A stretch of DNA of 64,000 nucleotides from Bradymonadia bacterium (GTDB lineage: Bacteria; Myxococcota_A; Bradymonadia; UBA7976; UBA1532), in contig JBKAGE010000037.1 in NCBI GenBank assembly GCA_046290225.1, positions 96,001-160,000 on the forward strand, read 5' to 3'. Made by a program: the position numbers and the translations under genes. This document shows, piece by piece, positions 47,585 through 56,823 of the stretch; the first letter of the stretch is position 1, and each line of letters opens with the position of its first letter. The notes under the pieces are model-generated. The model saw nothing but the letters and a program-made list of their open reading frames with translations. It searched no databases and was not told the DNA's origin.

Positions 47585-48112
47585 TCATGGCAGCAAATGC
47601 CTCGGCGGCCCCGGATAGTCGATGGCGCCATAAGTGAGCGGGTTGGCATAGTAGGTCCGCGTGATCATCTGCTTGATGACCTGATAGCCCGAGCGACGCA
47701 CCGTCCAGAGGCTGGTGCGCCACGCATCGAGCACGTCGTCCTGATCTTCGGTGTCGAGCTGGGTGAAAGGGGTCCACCGAAAGTCGAGCACAAAGCCGAG
47801 CAGGGCGCTCTCGAGCAGCTTGAGGGTCTTCACGAAGTCTTCGCGGCTCTGAGCATCCATGGCGGCGAGGGTGCGATCGATCTGCAACGGCACCTGGGCG
47901 CGGGCCACGGGGCTCGGCGTGGGATCGGTGAGCACCCGCCCGGTGAAGGCGTGCAAGATGCTGTAGGTCTCTTGATCGAGGACGATCAGGCCCTCGGCAG
48001 GCAACGGCACGGTCCGCGTGGGTTTATAGGCCAGCCAGCCGGCCCCCGTGGCGGTGAGAAGCGCGCCCCCGAAGAGGCCCTTCTTGATGAAACTGCGGCG
48101 GGTATCGCTCAT
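47585..48112 (-). CDS. Tat-signal partner subunit of the GMC oxidoreductase (gluconate 2-dehydrogenase subunit 3-like)
   Basis: TRRSFIK Tat motif, FTQLDTEDQDDVL, YY...IDYPGP. Lies directly upstream of the GMC gene. Confidence 0.82.
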   Translation of the reverse strand: MSDTRRSFIKKGLFGGALLTATGAGWLAYKPTRTVPLPAEGLIVLDQETYSILHAFTGRVLTDPTPSPVARAQVPLQIDRTLAAMDAQSREDFVKTLKLLESALLGFVLDFRWTPFTQLDTEDQDDVLDAWRTSLWTVRRSGYQVIKQMITRTYYANPLTYGAIDYPGPPRHLLP

Positions 48113-48227
48113 GTCGAGGCCTAGTTGACGCCGAGGGACCGCTGGTTGCAAGGACTTGATCGCCCCATGGCGATCAGCGATGAGCATGCAACGGGCTCCA
48201 CACGTGATCTGAGGAGAGAGCATCGAC

Positions 48228-49565
48228 ATGGGACTGAGCACACCGAGGTCATCGGCCCGAGGCGCCCCGGGCTATACCATGTCCCGCCTTTTTGCGGCGC
48301 TCACGGGGCTGATGCTCGTGACCCGAGGCCTGCTGCACCACTACCAATTGCAGCTGTTCGGCCCCAGAGGCAGCCTCGAAAACGCCGATGTGGTCCTCGA
48401 GCGCATGATGCTCGTCGGGCGCATCGACACGCCGATCTCCACAGTGCTGTGGTCCATGGTGCTCTACGTGGGCTGGCGCACGACGCACCGCAACCGCAAC
48501 AACACGGCTTTCACGGCGCTCACAGCGCTGGTGGCGGTGTTGCACTGGCTCGACATCGTCCGACTCTGGATCCCCACGCTGAAATCCGGCGTCGATCGCA
48601 TCTGGCTCTATCTCACCCTCATCACAGTGTTGTGCACTCAAGCCTGGCTGGTGGCGTGCCTGCGTCGCGGTCGCGGGGCAGGCGGCCTGACCTCGGGCCG
48701 CTACACCCTGGGCATCGGGGCGGCCCTGATGATGAGCGTGGGCTGGCTGCCCTTCCTGCTCCGGCCATGGCTGACCTCTCTACCCTTCGAGGTGACCTCG
48801 CTGATGTCCTGGGTGCCCAGCGTGCTGGCCCTGGCGCTGCTGGCGTGGGTGTTCAGTCAGTGGTCCGCTGACCCCAGCCCCTCTGCGTACACCCCCGAAG
48901 CAGAGGGCCTCGGCTTCTACCTCAAAATGTTCTGGCTACGGTTCATCGCCCTGGCGCTGGTGACCGCCTTTCTGGCGGTCGCTGGGGTGAAGGCCGATCT
49001 CGAGCAGATGAAGCTGCTGCTCTGGGTGCGCCCCCTGCTGTCGAGCCTGTGTACGATCTTGATGATCGTCGGTCTGCTCGGCCTCGCTCGGCGCTCTGAG
49101 ACCGCAGGCCTGCGGCTCAGCGTGATGGCCCTCGCGCTGGCCTGTGTCGGCGAGGTGGCCCTGCTCATGATGGGCCACGGGCTCTTCGACGCTACCCCGA
49201 TGGAGATGTACGACGCTCTGAAGTTCATGCCCTATGTGGAGGGCGTCGTGTCGCTGATGAACCTCGTCAGCATTCTGGCACTGTGCAGCGGGCTGCTGCA
49301 GATGGCCCTGCTCAACGACCGGCGCATGCTGAGCATGCACCTGATCAGCGCCCGACGCTGGATGGTCGCGGCGGTCTGCTCGGGCCAGCTCGCGCAGTGG
49401 CTCTTGCAGGTGGGGATCATCGATCTGCACCTGATCGTCGTCATCGGGATGCTGGTGCTCTTCGCTGCGGTGATGGCTCTGGTGACCCTGACTCGTGCTT
49501 TGAACGCGGCGGTGCGGATGCTGCGTGGTCGTGTTGAGTCGAGTCATGCTGCGGTCTTCGATTAG
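48228..49565 (+). CDS. Polytopic membrane hypothetical protein
   Basis: About 11-12 hydrophobic segments. The start is uncertain (possibly 48279). Confidence 0.78.
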   Translation: MGLSTPRSSARGAPGYTMSRLFAALTGLMLVTRGLLHHYQLQLFGPRGSLENADVVLERMMLVGRIDTPISTVLWSMVLYVGWRTTHRNRNNTAFTALTALVAVLHWLDIVRLWIPTLKSGVDRIWLYLTLITVLCTQAWLVACLRRGRGAGGLTSGRYTLGIGAALMMSVGWLPFLLRPWLTSLPFEVTSLMSWVPSVLALALLAWVFSQWSADPSPSAYTPEAEGLGFYLKMFWLRFIALALVTAFLAVAGVKADLEQMKLLLWVRPLLSSLCTILMIVGLLGLARRSETAGLRLSVMALALACVGEVALLMMGHGLFDATPMEMYDALKFMPYVEGVVSLMNLVSILALCSGLLQMALLNDRRMLSMHLISARRWMVAAVCSGQLAQWLLQVGIIDLHLIVVIGMLVLFAAVMALVTLTRALNAAVRMLRGRVESSHAAVFD

Positions 49566-49849
49566 AGAGTTTCGGGCACGGGCACGGGCACGGGCACGGG
49601 CACGAGTTGATTCGGTCCTGGACCTGTGGCCCTGCATGACTCAGGACGAAGGCTGTCATTGAGCTGAGATGATGTGTGTCTGAACGACCTGAGAATTCAG
49701 TTCTTGGGGTGTATGGAGGCCAAGACCTCCAATGAGAGACACATGGGGCCGAGTAGAGCCTCCACCATCACACACCCACGAGCGGAGTCATGCAGGGCCA
49801 CAGGTCAGAGCATGTATCAACTCGTGCCCGTGCCCGCGCCCGAAACTCT
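49566..49849. repeat. Long inverted-repeat element with CGGGCA hexamer arms (MITE/REP-like)
   Basis: Arms 49566-49642 and 49785-49849 are near-perfect reverse complements. Five hexamers on the left, three (one variant) on the right. Confidence 0.9.
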
Positions 49850-50866
49850 TCAGTAGCTCTCACTCCCCAGCTTCACCTTCCCTCGAAACACCCAATAAAC
49901 AATGCCCGTATAAGTCAGCACGAAGGGCATGCCCAGGAGCGCAATCCATCGCATGAGCGAGAGTGTCTCTTCGGAGCTCGCGGCGTTGTAAATTGTCAGA
50001 CTCCACTCAGGGTTCAGCGTCGACACCAGCAGGTTGGGAAACAACGCCGCCCCAAAGAGCACAACCAGCGCGGCGATGGTGCACGACGACGACACGAAGG
50101 CATAGAGCGGACGGTCTTGATGAATCGCCCGGGGGATGTTGGCGATGGCGAGCACGTTGAGCACCACCAGCGCCCAGAGCCAGGGGGCCGACTCGAAGTG
50201 CTGCACCGCGTGGGGCACCTTCACCAGGGTGAAGATGGTGGCCAGCACGTAGAGCACCAGGAACCCGCCGAAGGTGCGCCACAGCCACGGCTTGAGCCGG
50301 GCCTGTAGATCCCCCTCGGTCTTGAGGTTCAGGTAGAGCGCGCCGTGCATGGCGAACAACGCCACGGTGAGGGCCCCCACGAGCAGCGGATACACCCCGA
50401 GGAGATCCATGGTGGTCCCTGCATAGCGGCCGTACTCGTCGATGGGCATGCCCACCATGGCGTTCCCGATGGCCACCCCGAACAAGAGCGAGGCGGTGAA
50501 GCTGGCGCCGAAGAAGGCCCAGTCCCACGTGGCCCGCCACCGGGTGGACTTCACCTTGCTGCGAAACTCGAGAGAGACCGCCCGGAAGATGATAGCGAAA
50601 AGCAACAACATGAAGGGCAGGTAGAACCCCGAGAACGCTGTGGCGTATGCCCTGGGAAACGCTGCGAAGAGCGCCCCTCCGAAGGTCACCAGCCACACCT
50701 CGTTGCCATCCCACAGGGGGCCGATGGAGTTCATGACCAAGCGACGTTCCGTGTCGCCCTTGGCGATGGGGTGGAGCATGCCGACCCCAAGATCGAAGCC
50801 GTCGAGCACAGCGTACCCCGTGAGCAACACGCCGAGGGTGAAGAACCAGAACAGGTGCAGATCCAT
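49850..50866 (-). CDS. cydB: Cytochrome bd ubiquinol oxidase subunit II
   Basis: [48 protein letters not shown]. Confidence 0.96.
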   Translation of the reverse strand: MDLHLFWFFTLGVLLTGYAVLDGFDLGVGMLHPIAKGDTERRLVMNSIGPLWDGNEVWLVTFGGALFAAFPRAYATAFSGFYLPFMLLLFAIIFRAVSLEFRSKVKSTRWRATWDWAFFGASFTASLLFGVAIGNAMVGMPIDEYGRYAGTTMDLLGVYPLLVGALTVALFAMHGALYLNLKTEGDLQARLKPWLWRTFGGFLVLYVLATIFTLVKVPHAVQHFESAPWLWALVVLNVLAIANIPRAIHQDRPLYAFVSSSCTIAALVVLFGAALFPNLLVSTLNPEWSLTIYNAASSEETLSLMRWIALLGMPFVLTYTGIVYWVFRGKVKLGSESY

Positions 50867-50867
50867 C

Positions 50868-52286
50868 TCAGGCCTCCTCCTCGGTGAGCGACGCCGTCGC
50901 CGACGGCCGCGCTGCAGCCGCTTCGAGTAAACCTCCGCCTCCATGGGGCGGCTCGTCACCTTCGGGCTCTGGCGGTCCGTGGGTGATTTTGTTGTGTAGT
51001 ACGAAGATCCAGACCGCGAAGAGCAGGGCGTAGATGAGCCCGAACATGATGATCGAGCTCAACACCATCTCCCCGGTCACCGCCTGCGAGAGGCCATCGC
51101 TGGTCCGCAGCTCGCCATAGACGATCCAGGGCTGTCGTCCCACCTCCGCAGCGACCCAGCCCGCCTGATTGGCCAGATAGGGCGCAATGACGCCGACGAC
51201 GAAGAGCCACAGCACCGGGCGATTGTCGAAGAGCTTCTTGCGCCACAACAAAAACATGCCCAGGGCGGTGAGCCCGATCATGGCCATGCCCAGAGCCGCC
51301 ATGAGGTGATAGCTCAAGAACGGGATCATCACTGGGGGTCGATCCGCCTCGGGGAACGCGTCGAGGCCCTTCACCGGGGCGTCGAAGTCCTGGTGCAGCA
51401 AGAAGCTCAGCCCGCCAGGGATCTTGAGGCCGAAGTGCACCTCGCCTGTCTCCACGTCGGGGATCCCGAACAGGTAGAGATCCGCGGGGCCGGTCTCGAA
51501 ATGCCCTTCGAATGCCGCGAGCTTCGCCGGCTGGGTCTGCGACACCTTGTCGGCCTGGCTGTGACCCGACACCAGGATCGCCACCGACGAGACTGCGGCC
51601 ATGACCAGGGCCGTGGAGAACGATCGTCGGGCAAAGTCGACGTGGCGCTTCTTGAGCAGGTACCAGGCGCTGATGCTCAACACCACGAAGGCCCCCTGGA
51701 TCCACGATCCGAGCACCACGTGGCCGAGCCTGTGCATCGACGAGGGGTTGAAGACCATGGCCCAGAAGTCGGTGATCTCCGCCCGAGCAGCGAGGCCTTC
51801 GCCGACGATGTGATATCCCGCCGGGGTCTGCTGCCAGCTGTTGGCGATGACGATCCACACCGCGCTGAAGGTGCTGCCCAGGGCCACCATGACGGTGGAG
51901 AAGAAGTGCATCTTGCGGCTGACGCGATCCCAGCCGAAGACCAGCACGGCGAGGAAGCCCGATTCCAAGAAGAAGGCGAAGATGCCCTCCGCGGCGAGGG
52001 CGGATCCGAAGACGTCGCCGACGAACCTCGAGTACACCGCCCAGTTGGTGCCGAACTCGAACTCCATGACGATGCCCGTGGCCACCCCCATGGCGAAGTT
52101 CACCGCGAAGATGCGGGTCCAGAAGCGGGCCATGGCTTCGTAGCGTCGATCACCGGTCTTGAGCCACTTGGCCTCGATGAGCACCAGGAAGGCGCCGAGG
52201 CCGATGGAGAGGGGTGGGAAGATGTAGTGGAACATGATGGTGAAGGCGAACTGCAATCGCGACAGGAACAAGACGTCGAGATCCAT
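50868..52286 (-). CDS. cydA: Cytochrome bd ubiquinol oxidase subunit I
   Basis: [52 protein letters not shown]. Confidence 0.97.
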   Translation of the reverse strand: MDLDVLFLSRLQFAFTIMFHYIFPPLSIGLGAFLVLIEAKWLKTGDRRYEAMARFWTRIFAVNFAMGVATGIVMEFEFGTNWAVYSRFVGDVFGSALAAEGIFAFFLESGFLAVLVFGWDRVSRKMHFFSTVMVALGSTFSAVWIVIANSWQQTPAGYHIVGEGLAARAEITDFWAMVFNPSSMHRLGHVVLGSWIQGAFVVLSISAWYLLKKRHVDFARRSFSTALVMAAVSSVAILVSGHSQADKVSQTQPAKLAAFEGHFETGPADLYLFGIPDVETGEVHFGLKIPGGLSFLLHQDFDAPVKGLDAFPEADRPPVMIPFLSYHLMAALGMAMIGLTALGMFLLWRKKLFDNRPVLWLFVVGVIAPYLANQAGWVAAEVGRQPWIVYGELRTSDGLSQAVTGEMVLSSIIMFGLIYALLFAVWIFVLHNKITHGPPEPEGDEPPHGGGGLLEAAAARPSATASLTEEEA

Positions 52287-52510
52287 GCGGTGACTCCTTC
52301 GGTGGGTCTCACCGAGGGTGCTGCAAACCCGACACCAGGGCCAATCTCCACGATTTTTTGCCCACGTGATGGCTCACTGGGGCATTGTGCCGCGCTCGGC
52401 GTGAGCGCTCTGATCCCACCGCGCAGTTTTGCCGCACCGCCCTCAGCGACACAGACCTGCAGCGTCTCTCGATTCACAGCATCATGCTGCGATTTACAGC
52501 ATTCACAGCC

Positions 52511-52519
52511 TGTGGATAA
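52511..52519 (-). promoter_or_regulatory. Perfect DnaA-box sequence (TTATCCACA on the minus strand)
   Basis: TGTGGATAA on the plus strand, single copy in an AT-richer intergenic region. Function unproven. Confidence 0.4.
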
Positions 52520-52581
52520 CTCTGTGCCTTTTTCATCGATTTTCTTTGAGATTCAGCCATCTGCGGTTACCCCAAGAGGTA

Positions 52582-52597
52582 TGGCACGGTCGCTGCT
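52582..52597 (+). promoter_or_regulatory. Putative sigma54 promoter of the LysM lipoprotein gene
   Basis: TGGCACGGTCGCTGCT with canonical -24/-12 spacing, 36 nt upstream of ATG 52634. Confidence 0.65.
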
Positions 52598-52633
52598 TTT
52601 GAGGCAGCGTATCAACACCTACGGAGATCGAAG

Positions 52634-53347
52634 ATGCGCGACTTGCGTCATACCCTGAGCGCCATGGCCCTGTTGTCTCTCGCCACCCTCACCGGCTGTG
52701 GTGGGGAAGAGCCCACCAAGGTCGAGCCTCCGCCGAAGAAAGTGATCATGGGTGCGCCCACGATCCAGGCGCCGGCGCCTGAGGCCCCACTCGGCCGAGC
52801 CCCCGCCGAGGCGCCAGAGGCTCAGCCTGTAGGCGGCCAGCCGCTGCACATCCCCCTGGGTGAAGCGGATCGCCCTGCGCCGGAGCCTCCCCAGCCTGCG
52901 CCGGCAGACGACGCCCCCGGTGAGGTGCTCGCTGGTGGCTCGGCCCACATCAAGGTGGCCTCCGGTGAGAGCTTTGGCCGACTGGCCAAATGGGCCGGCA
53001 TCAGCGCCCGCGCCATCGCCGAGCACAACGATCTGCCCCTCAATGATCCGTTGCAGATCGGGCAGTCGCTGCACATGCCCCTCAAGGGCAAGGCCCTCGC
53101 CGACTTCACCGACAAGCGTCGGGCGTTCGCCAAGGGCCGGGTGAACAAGTTCTTCAAGCGGAAGGGCGGCCTCGAAGAGGTGGTGGAGTACACCGTGAAG
53201 CGCGGCGATCGGGCCACGAAGATCGCCCGCAAGCACGGCCTGCCTCTCTGGATCCTGATCAGCTACAACGCCAAGACGGATCTCAACAGCTTGTCGATCG
53301 GCGATGTGATTCAGGTGCCCATCACGGGCAACTACGCCAGCCGCTGA
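52634..53347 (+). CDS. LysM-domain lipoprotein (two LysM domains)
   Basis: Lipobox LTGC, Pro-rich linker, IKVASGESFGRLA...LQIGQSL and YTVKRGD...IARKHG...LSIGDVIQVP. Confidence 0.9.
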   Translation: MRDLRHTLSAMALLSLATLTGCGGEEPTKVEPPPKKVIMGAPTIQAPAPEAPLGRAPAEAPEAQPVGGQPLHIPLGEADRPAPEPPQPAPADDAPGEVLAGGSAHIKVASGESFGRLAKWAGISARAIAEHNDLPLNDPLQIGQSLHMPLKGKALADFTDKRRAFAKGRVNKFFKRKGGLEEVVEYTVKRGDRATKIARKHGLPLWILISYNAKTDLNSLSIGDVIQVPITGNYASR

Positions 53348-53354
53348 GCACGGT

Positions 53355-54110
53355 TTACCACCAGCGCTCCAGCCGTATCCGATCTGCAGAAACCCCCTGC
53401 ACCCACAGCTGCTGCTCAAGATCGTCCACCATGGCGGGCGGACCCGAGAGATAGATCGGGGCGCGCTCGCTGGGGCACACCGCCAGAATGTCATGGGCGC
53501 TCAGTCGCCCTCTGTGTGTGCCTTCAGGGCCACTCTCGGTAAACGTCGTGTGCACCTGCAACCGCGCATCAGCGGCGAGCGCATCGATCACCTCGGAGAA
53601 CGGATGCGCTTCGGGTGACTTCACGCTGTACATCAACACCCCTCTGCCTTCGATCTCGGGCCGAGCCACGAAGGCCTTCACCATGGCCAGCAGCGGCGTG
53701 ATGCCGATGCCCCCAGCCACCCACACCGCGTCGGGCTCGATCTCTGGATCGTAGACACACGGGCCGTCGCCGCCGGTGAGGATCACCTGGTCGCCCACCT
53801 GAGCCTCGTCGTGCATCCAGGCGCTCACTCGATGTCGGCTGCGGCGGATCGCCAGCTCGAGGCGTGTGGGTGTGTCTGGGTCCCATGGCGAGATCATCGA
53901 ATAGCCCCCGATGTGGGCTTCACCATCGAGGGTGATTTGCAGATCGACCCACTGGCCTGGCAGCCACCGCAGGCCCGGTCGCTGGACCTCGAGGACGACG
54001 TGCATCACCCCAGGGGTCTCGGCCTGTAGAGCGGTGATGTGGGCATAGCGACGGGTGACGATGGGCAGCTCGACGGCGTCAGACCGCCGAGCGGGCGTCG
54101 AATCGGACAT
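53355..54110 (-). CDS. Ferredoxin-NADP reductase-like FAD/NAD(P) oxidoreductase
   Basis: PGQWVDL, GGYSMIS, VSAWMH, AGGIGITPL, YLSGPPAM, terminal ERWW. Confidence 0.88.
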   Translation of the reverse strand: MSDSTPARRSDAVELPIVTRRYAHITALQAETPGVMHVVLEVQRPGLRWLPGQWVDLQITLDGEAHIGGYSMISPWDPDTPTRLELAIRRSRHRVSAWMHDEAQVGDQVILTGGDGPCVYDPEIEPDAVWVAGGIGITPLLAMVKAFVARPEIEGRGVLMYSVKSPEAHPFSEVIDALAADARLQVHTTFTESGPEGTHRGRLSAHDILAVCPSERAPIYLSGPPAMVDDLEQQLWVQGVSADRIRLERWW

Positions 54111-54185
54111 GGTGCTCACTTGCGACAAACGAATTTTTCCGATTGTCTTTGGCCTCACGCCTGAATCAAGCACTCTGCGATTTCA

Positions 54186-55394
54186 ATGTCTGATCCCAAG
54201 CGCGCCCCGAAGGGCAACCGTGGACGGCGCGGGCCCCGTAAGGGCCCCCCTGCACCAGAAGATCGAGCGGCCCGCATTGTCCGTGACCTGCGGGCCCTGG
54301 CTCACCAGCTCGGCCGCGACATGCCCGGTGGTGCTGGCCAGATGCCTCAACAACTGTCGGTGGCCCTCGAGGTGGCCCTCAGCCGGGAGACTGCAGACGC
54401 CGCGGCGGCCTCGCAGCTCATGTCGGCCATCGAAGACGGCCTGCACAACGCCCGACAGGCGCAAGCGCCCTTTCCCATGGGCCGGGTCCCCTGCTTTCGC
54501 AGCGGCACCACGGATGGCCCTCAGAGCGTGCCGCCGACGCCGACTTCGGTGTTCAACGGTCACGCCGCCACGGGCAAGCCCACCTGGATCGAGTTCACCT
54601 CGCTCTGCCTCGAGCGCCGTGAGCCCCGGGTGAGCGCCCTGTATCGGGATCCCCCTGCGGCCATCGGGCTGGTGCAGCTGGCAGAAGATCTCGGAGAGCC
54701 GCTGCTCCCTGAGTTCGAAAGCCTCGCCGCAGGGCATCAGATCCTCGGGCAAGTGTCGGTGGGCCTGATCCCCGGGCCGGCCCTGGGCATCGATGGTGAC
54801 GTGGGCCGTGTAGCCTTCAGCCTGCAGGTGGTGAGCCTCAAAGGCGGCGCAGGCCGTCTGATGCTCAACCTGATCGGCCTCGACGAGCGCGCCCTGCTCG
54901 AGGCGGCCCATGGCGGCAGCGATCGGGCTGAGGGGCTGCTCAAGGCGATCAAGGCCACGCGGCGGCGGCTTCGCTCGCTCAAGCGTCGCCAGGTGACGCA
55001 GCGCACCGAGGGTCAGGATCTACCCGGCGTGCTGCACCGCACCCGCGTAGAGCTGGAGCGCGCCCTGAGCCCGGATCGCCGCCGGACGAAGCACGCTCAA
55101 AACCGACACGAGAGCGGAGATCGTCCGACGCTGAGCGCGGTGGGTGACGCCACCTCGGCCCCCCTCGAGCGCCTGATGGAAGACACGCAGCGCAAGACGA
55201 TCGTGGTGCTGGGCCGCCGCGGCCGCGCCCACATCTTCTCGCGAGAGGGCCGCCACGTCACCAGCCTGAAGCTGGAGCCGGGTGAGCTGGAGCGCAAGAC
55301 GATCCGCCGCCGCTGGCGCCCGTTGTCTGAAGCGCAGGCCCGGCAGTTTCAGAGCAACTTGTCTACGCGCACACGACGCAATGCCGACGGCTGA
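54186..55394 (+). CDS. Basic (Arg-rich) hypothetical protein
   Basis: 402-aa ORF with coding codon bias that fills the gap between minus-strand genes. Confidence 0.78.
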   Translation: MSDPKRAPKGNRGRRGPRKGPPAPEDRAARIVRDLRALAHQLGRDMPGGAGQMPQQLSVALEVALSRETADAAAASQLMSAIEDGLHNARQAQAPFPMGRVPCFRSGTTDGPQSVPPTPTSVFNGHAATGKPTWIEFTSLCLERREPRVSALYRDPPAAIGLVQLAEDLGEPLLPEFESLAAGHQILGQVSVGLIPGPALGIDGDVGRVAFSLQVVSLKGGAGRLMLNLIGLDERALLEAAHGGSDRAEGLLKAIKATRRRLRSLKRRQVTQRTEGQDLPGVLHRTRVELERALSPDRRRTKHAQNRHESGDRPTLSAVGDATSAPLERLMEDTQRKTIVVLGRRGRAHIFSREGRHVTSLKLEPGELERKTIRRRWRPLSEAQARQFQSNLSTRTRRNADG

Positions 55395-55482
55395 AAGCGG
55401 TCGGCTGTGCTTGGAGCGGACGACCGCGCTGCGCGCCGTCTGTAGCGGACGGTCATCGCCTTGCGGCGACAGCCCAAACGGC

Positions 55483-56823
55483 TCACTCGATGATCGAGTA
55501 CCGGCGCCGCGTCTCCTGAGGCGTTGCACAGTTGAAGTGCCACCACTCGTTGTCCAGGGGCAGAAACCCCGCCCGCACCATCACCTCTCGAAGCAACAGG
55601 CGGTTCCCCAACTGCTCCGCCGTGAGCTTGCCCTTGATGCGCAGGGGCACCTCTCGGCGGGGCTCCGCCTCGGGGCCGAAGTGGTCGAATTTCGTGCCCA
55701 TGTCGATGTCTCGGCCCTCAGCGTCAGCGAGGGTGAGATCGATGGCGCAGCCGTAGTTGTGGATCGAGCCCGCGCCCTTGTCGGGGTTGGCGACGTAGGG
55801 GGCTTGAGGCGTGCCCTTCACCACCGCCCACATCTGCCGCTGGACCGACCGCGGTCGGGCACAGTCATAGGCGTGCAGGCGCAGCTCTGGAGCGCGCGTC
55901 TTCAGATGTGCAGCGGCAGAGGCCAGCATCTCGGCGGCGTCGCGCTGCATCAGACACTGATCGAGCTTGCCGGCGTACACCGCCTTGCCCAGAAAGTTGT
56001 CCGTGGTGGCGTACTTCAACTCTACCTGCAGCGAGGGCACCACTGTGGTGGCGTCGACGAGGCCCGTACCGGCCACCACAGGCAGGCCCAGACGCTGTTG
56101 ATGCTGCTGATAGACCGCTTGGGGCATTTGCACCAGCAGTGGCTTCGCCGACGGTCGCAGCCATGTGACGATCGTCTTCAGCGCGGAGGCCTTCATCGCC
56201 GTACACCCTGCGGTGCCCTTCTTCGCCGAGCGCCAGACGTGCAGAAAAATACAGCTGCCGTCACCCGGGGTGGGCGACCCGCTGAGCAGGCCGTTGTGAT
56301 CCACGGTGACCAGGAGCTGGTAGAGATGATCTCTGCGCTTGAGCACCTCAGCTGAGCGCCATGGGGGCTTGCCCGTCGGGGCGTCCACGAGCTGGTTGTA
56401 TTGCGCCGCCTTCGGATCATCGACGCAGCGCGCCTGCCCTGTAGAGGGGGTGTACTTCAGCGTGGCCCCTTGAGGGGGCTCTGCGGCGTAGCCCATGGCC
56501 TCACCCAGGGCAAAGATCCCAGCAGGGGCCTTGCCATCCCCTTCCCGCTTTCGGGGGCCTTGCTGATCTTCGCGCTCGGGGAGCACGCCTCGACCCCAGC
56601 CGAGGCCCTTGCGGCCCACCACCACCGGCACAGATGCGCCCACGGCCTTCCATGGGCCCTCGTAGCGCTCGAAACGCTGCAGGCGGCCCTGGTGCGCAGA
56701 CCAGTCGTCGGTGATCACCACCACGAGCTGATCGCCCAGGCTCACAGCTGGTTCACCGCCTGCCTGGGCTGAGGCGCCGAGGAGCATGGCGGTAGAGAGG
56801 ATGCCAAGCACAGCAGGGCTCAT
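55483..56823 (-). CDS. L,D-transpeptidase (YkuD-like) / D-Ala-D-Ala dipeptidase (VanX/DdpX, M15D) fusion
   Basis: Signal peptide. KREGDGKAPAG and CIFLHVW...TAGC (YkuD His/Cys), then LKYATTDNF, YDCARP, SIHNYGCAIDLTL, DMGT.FD.F, EWWHF. Confidence 0.9.
   Translation of the reverse strand: MSPAVLGILSTAMLLGASAQAGGEPAVSLGDQLVVVITDDWSAHQGRLQRFERYEGPWKAVGASVPVVVGRKGLGWGRGVLPEREDQQGPRKREGDGKAPAGIFALGEAMGYAAEPPQGATLKYTPSTGQARCVDDPKAAQYNQLVDAPTGKPPWRSAEVLKRRDHLYQLLVTVDHNGLLSGSPTPGDGSCIFLHVWRSAKKGTAGCTAMKASALKTIVTWLRPSAKPLLVQMPQAVYQQHQQRLGLPVVAGTGLVDATTVVPSLQVELKYATTDNFLGKAVYAGKLDQCLMQRDAAEMLASAAAHLKTRAPELRLHAYDCARPRSVQRQMWAVVKGTPQAPYVANPDKGAGSIHNYGCAIDLTLADAEGRDIDMGTKFDHFGPEAEPRREVPLRIKGKLTAEQLGNRLLLREVMVRAGFLPLDNEWWHFNCATPQETRRRYSIIE

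Noticed and set aside
49573..49602. CRISPR array or coding Arg-Ala/Cys-Pro repeat
   Set aside because: It is a simple hexamer run without spacers or cas genes. The ORFs crossing it are shadow frames.
52400..52600. Replication origin
   Set aside because: Only one DnaA box, no box cluster, and no dnaA, dnaN or gidA context.
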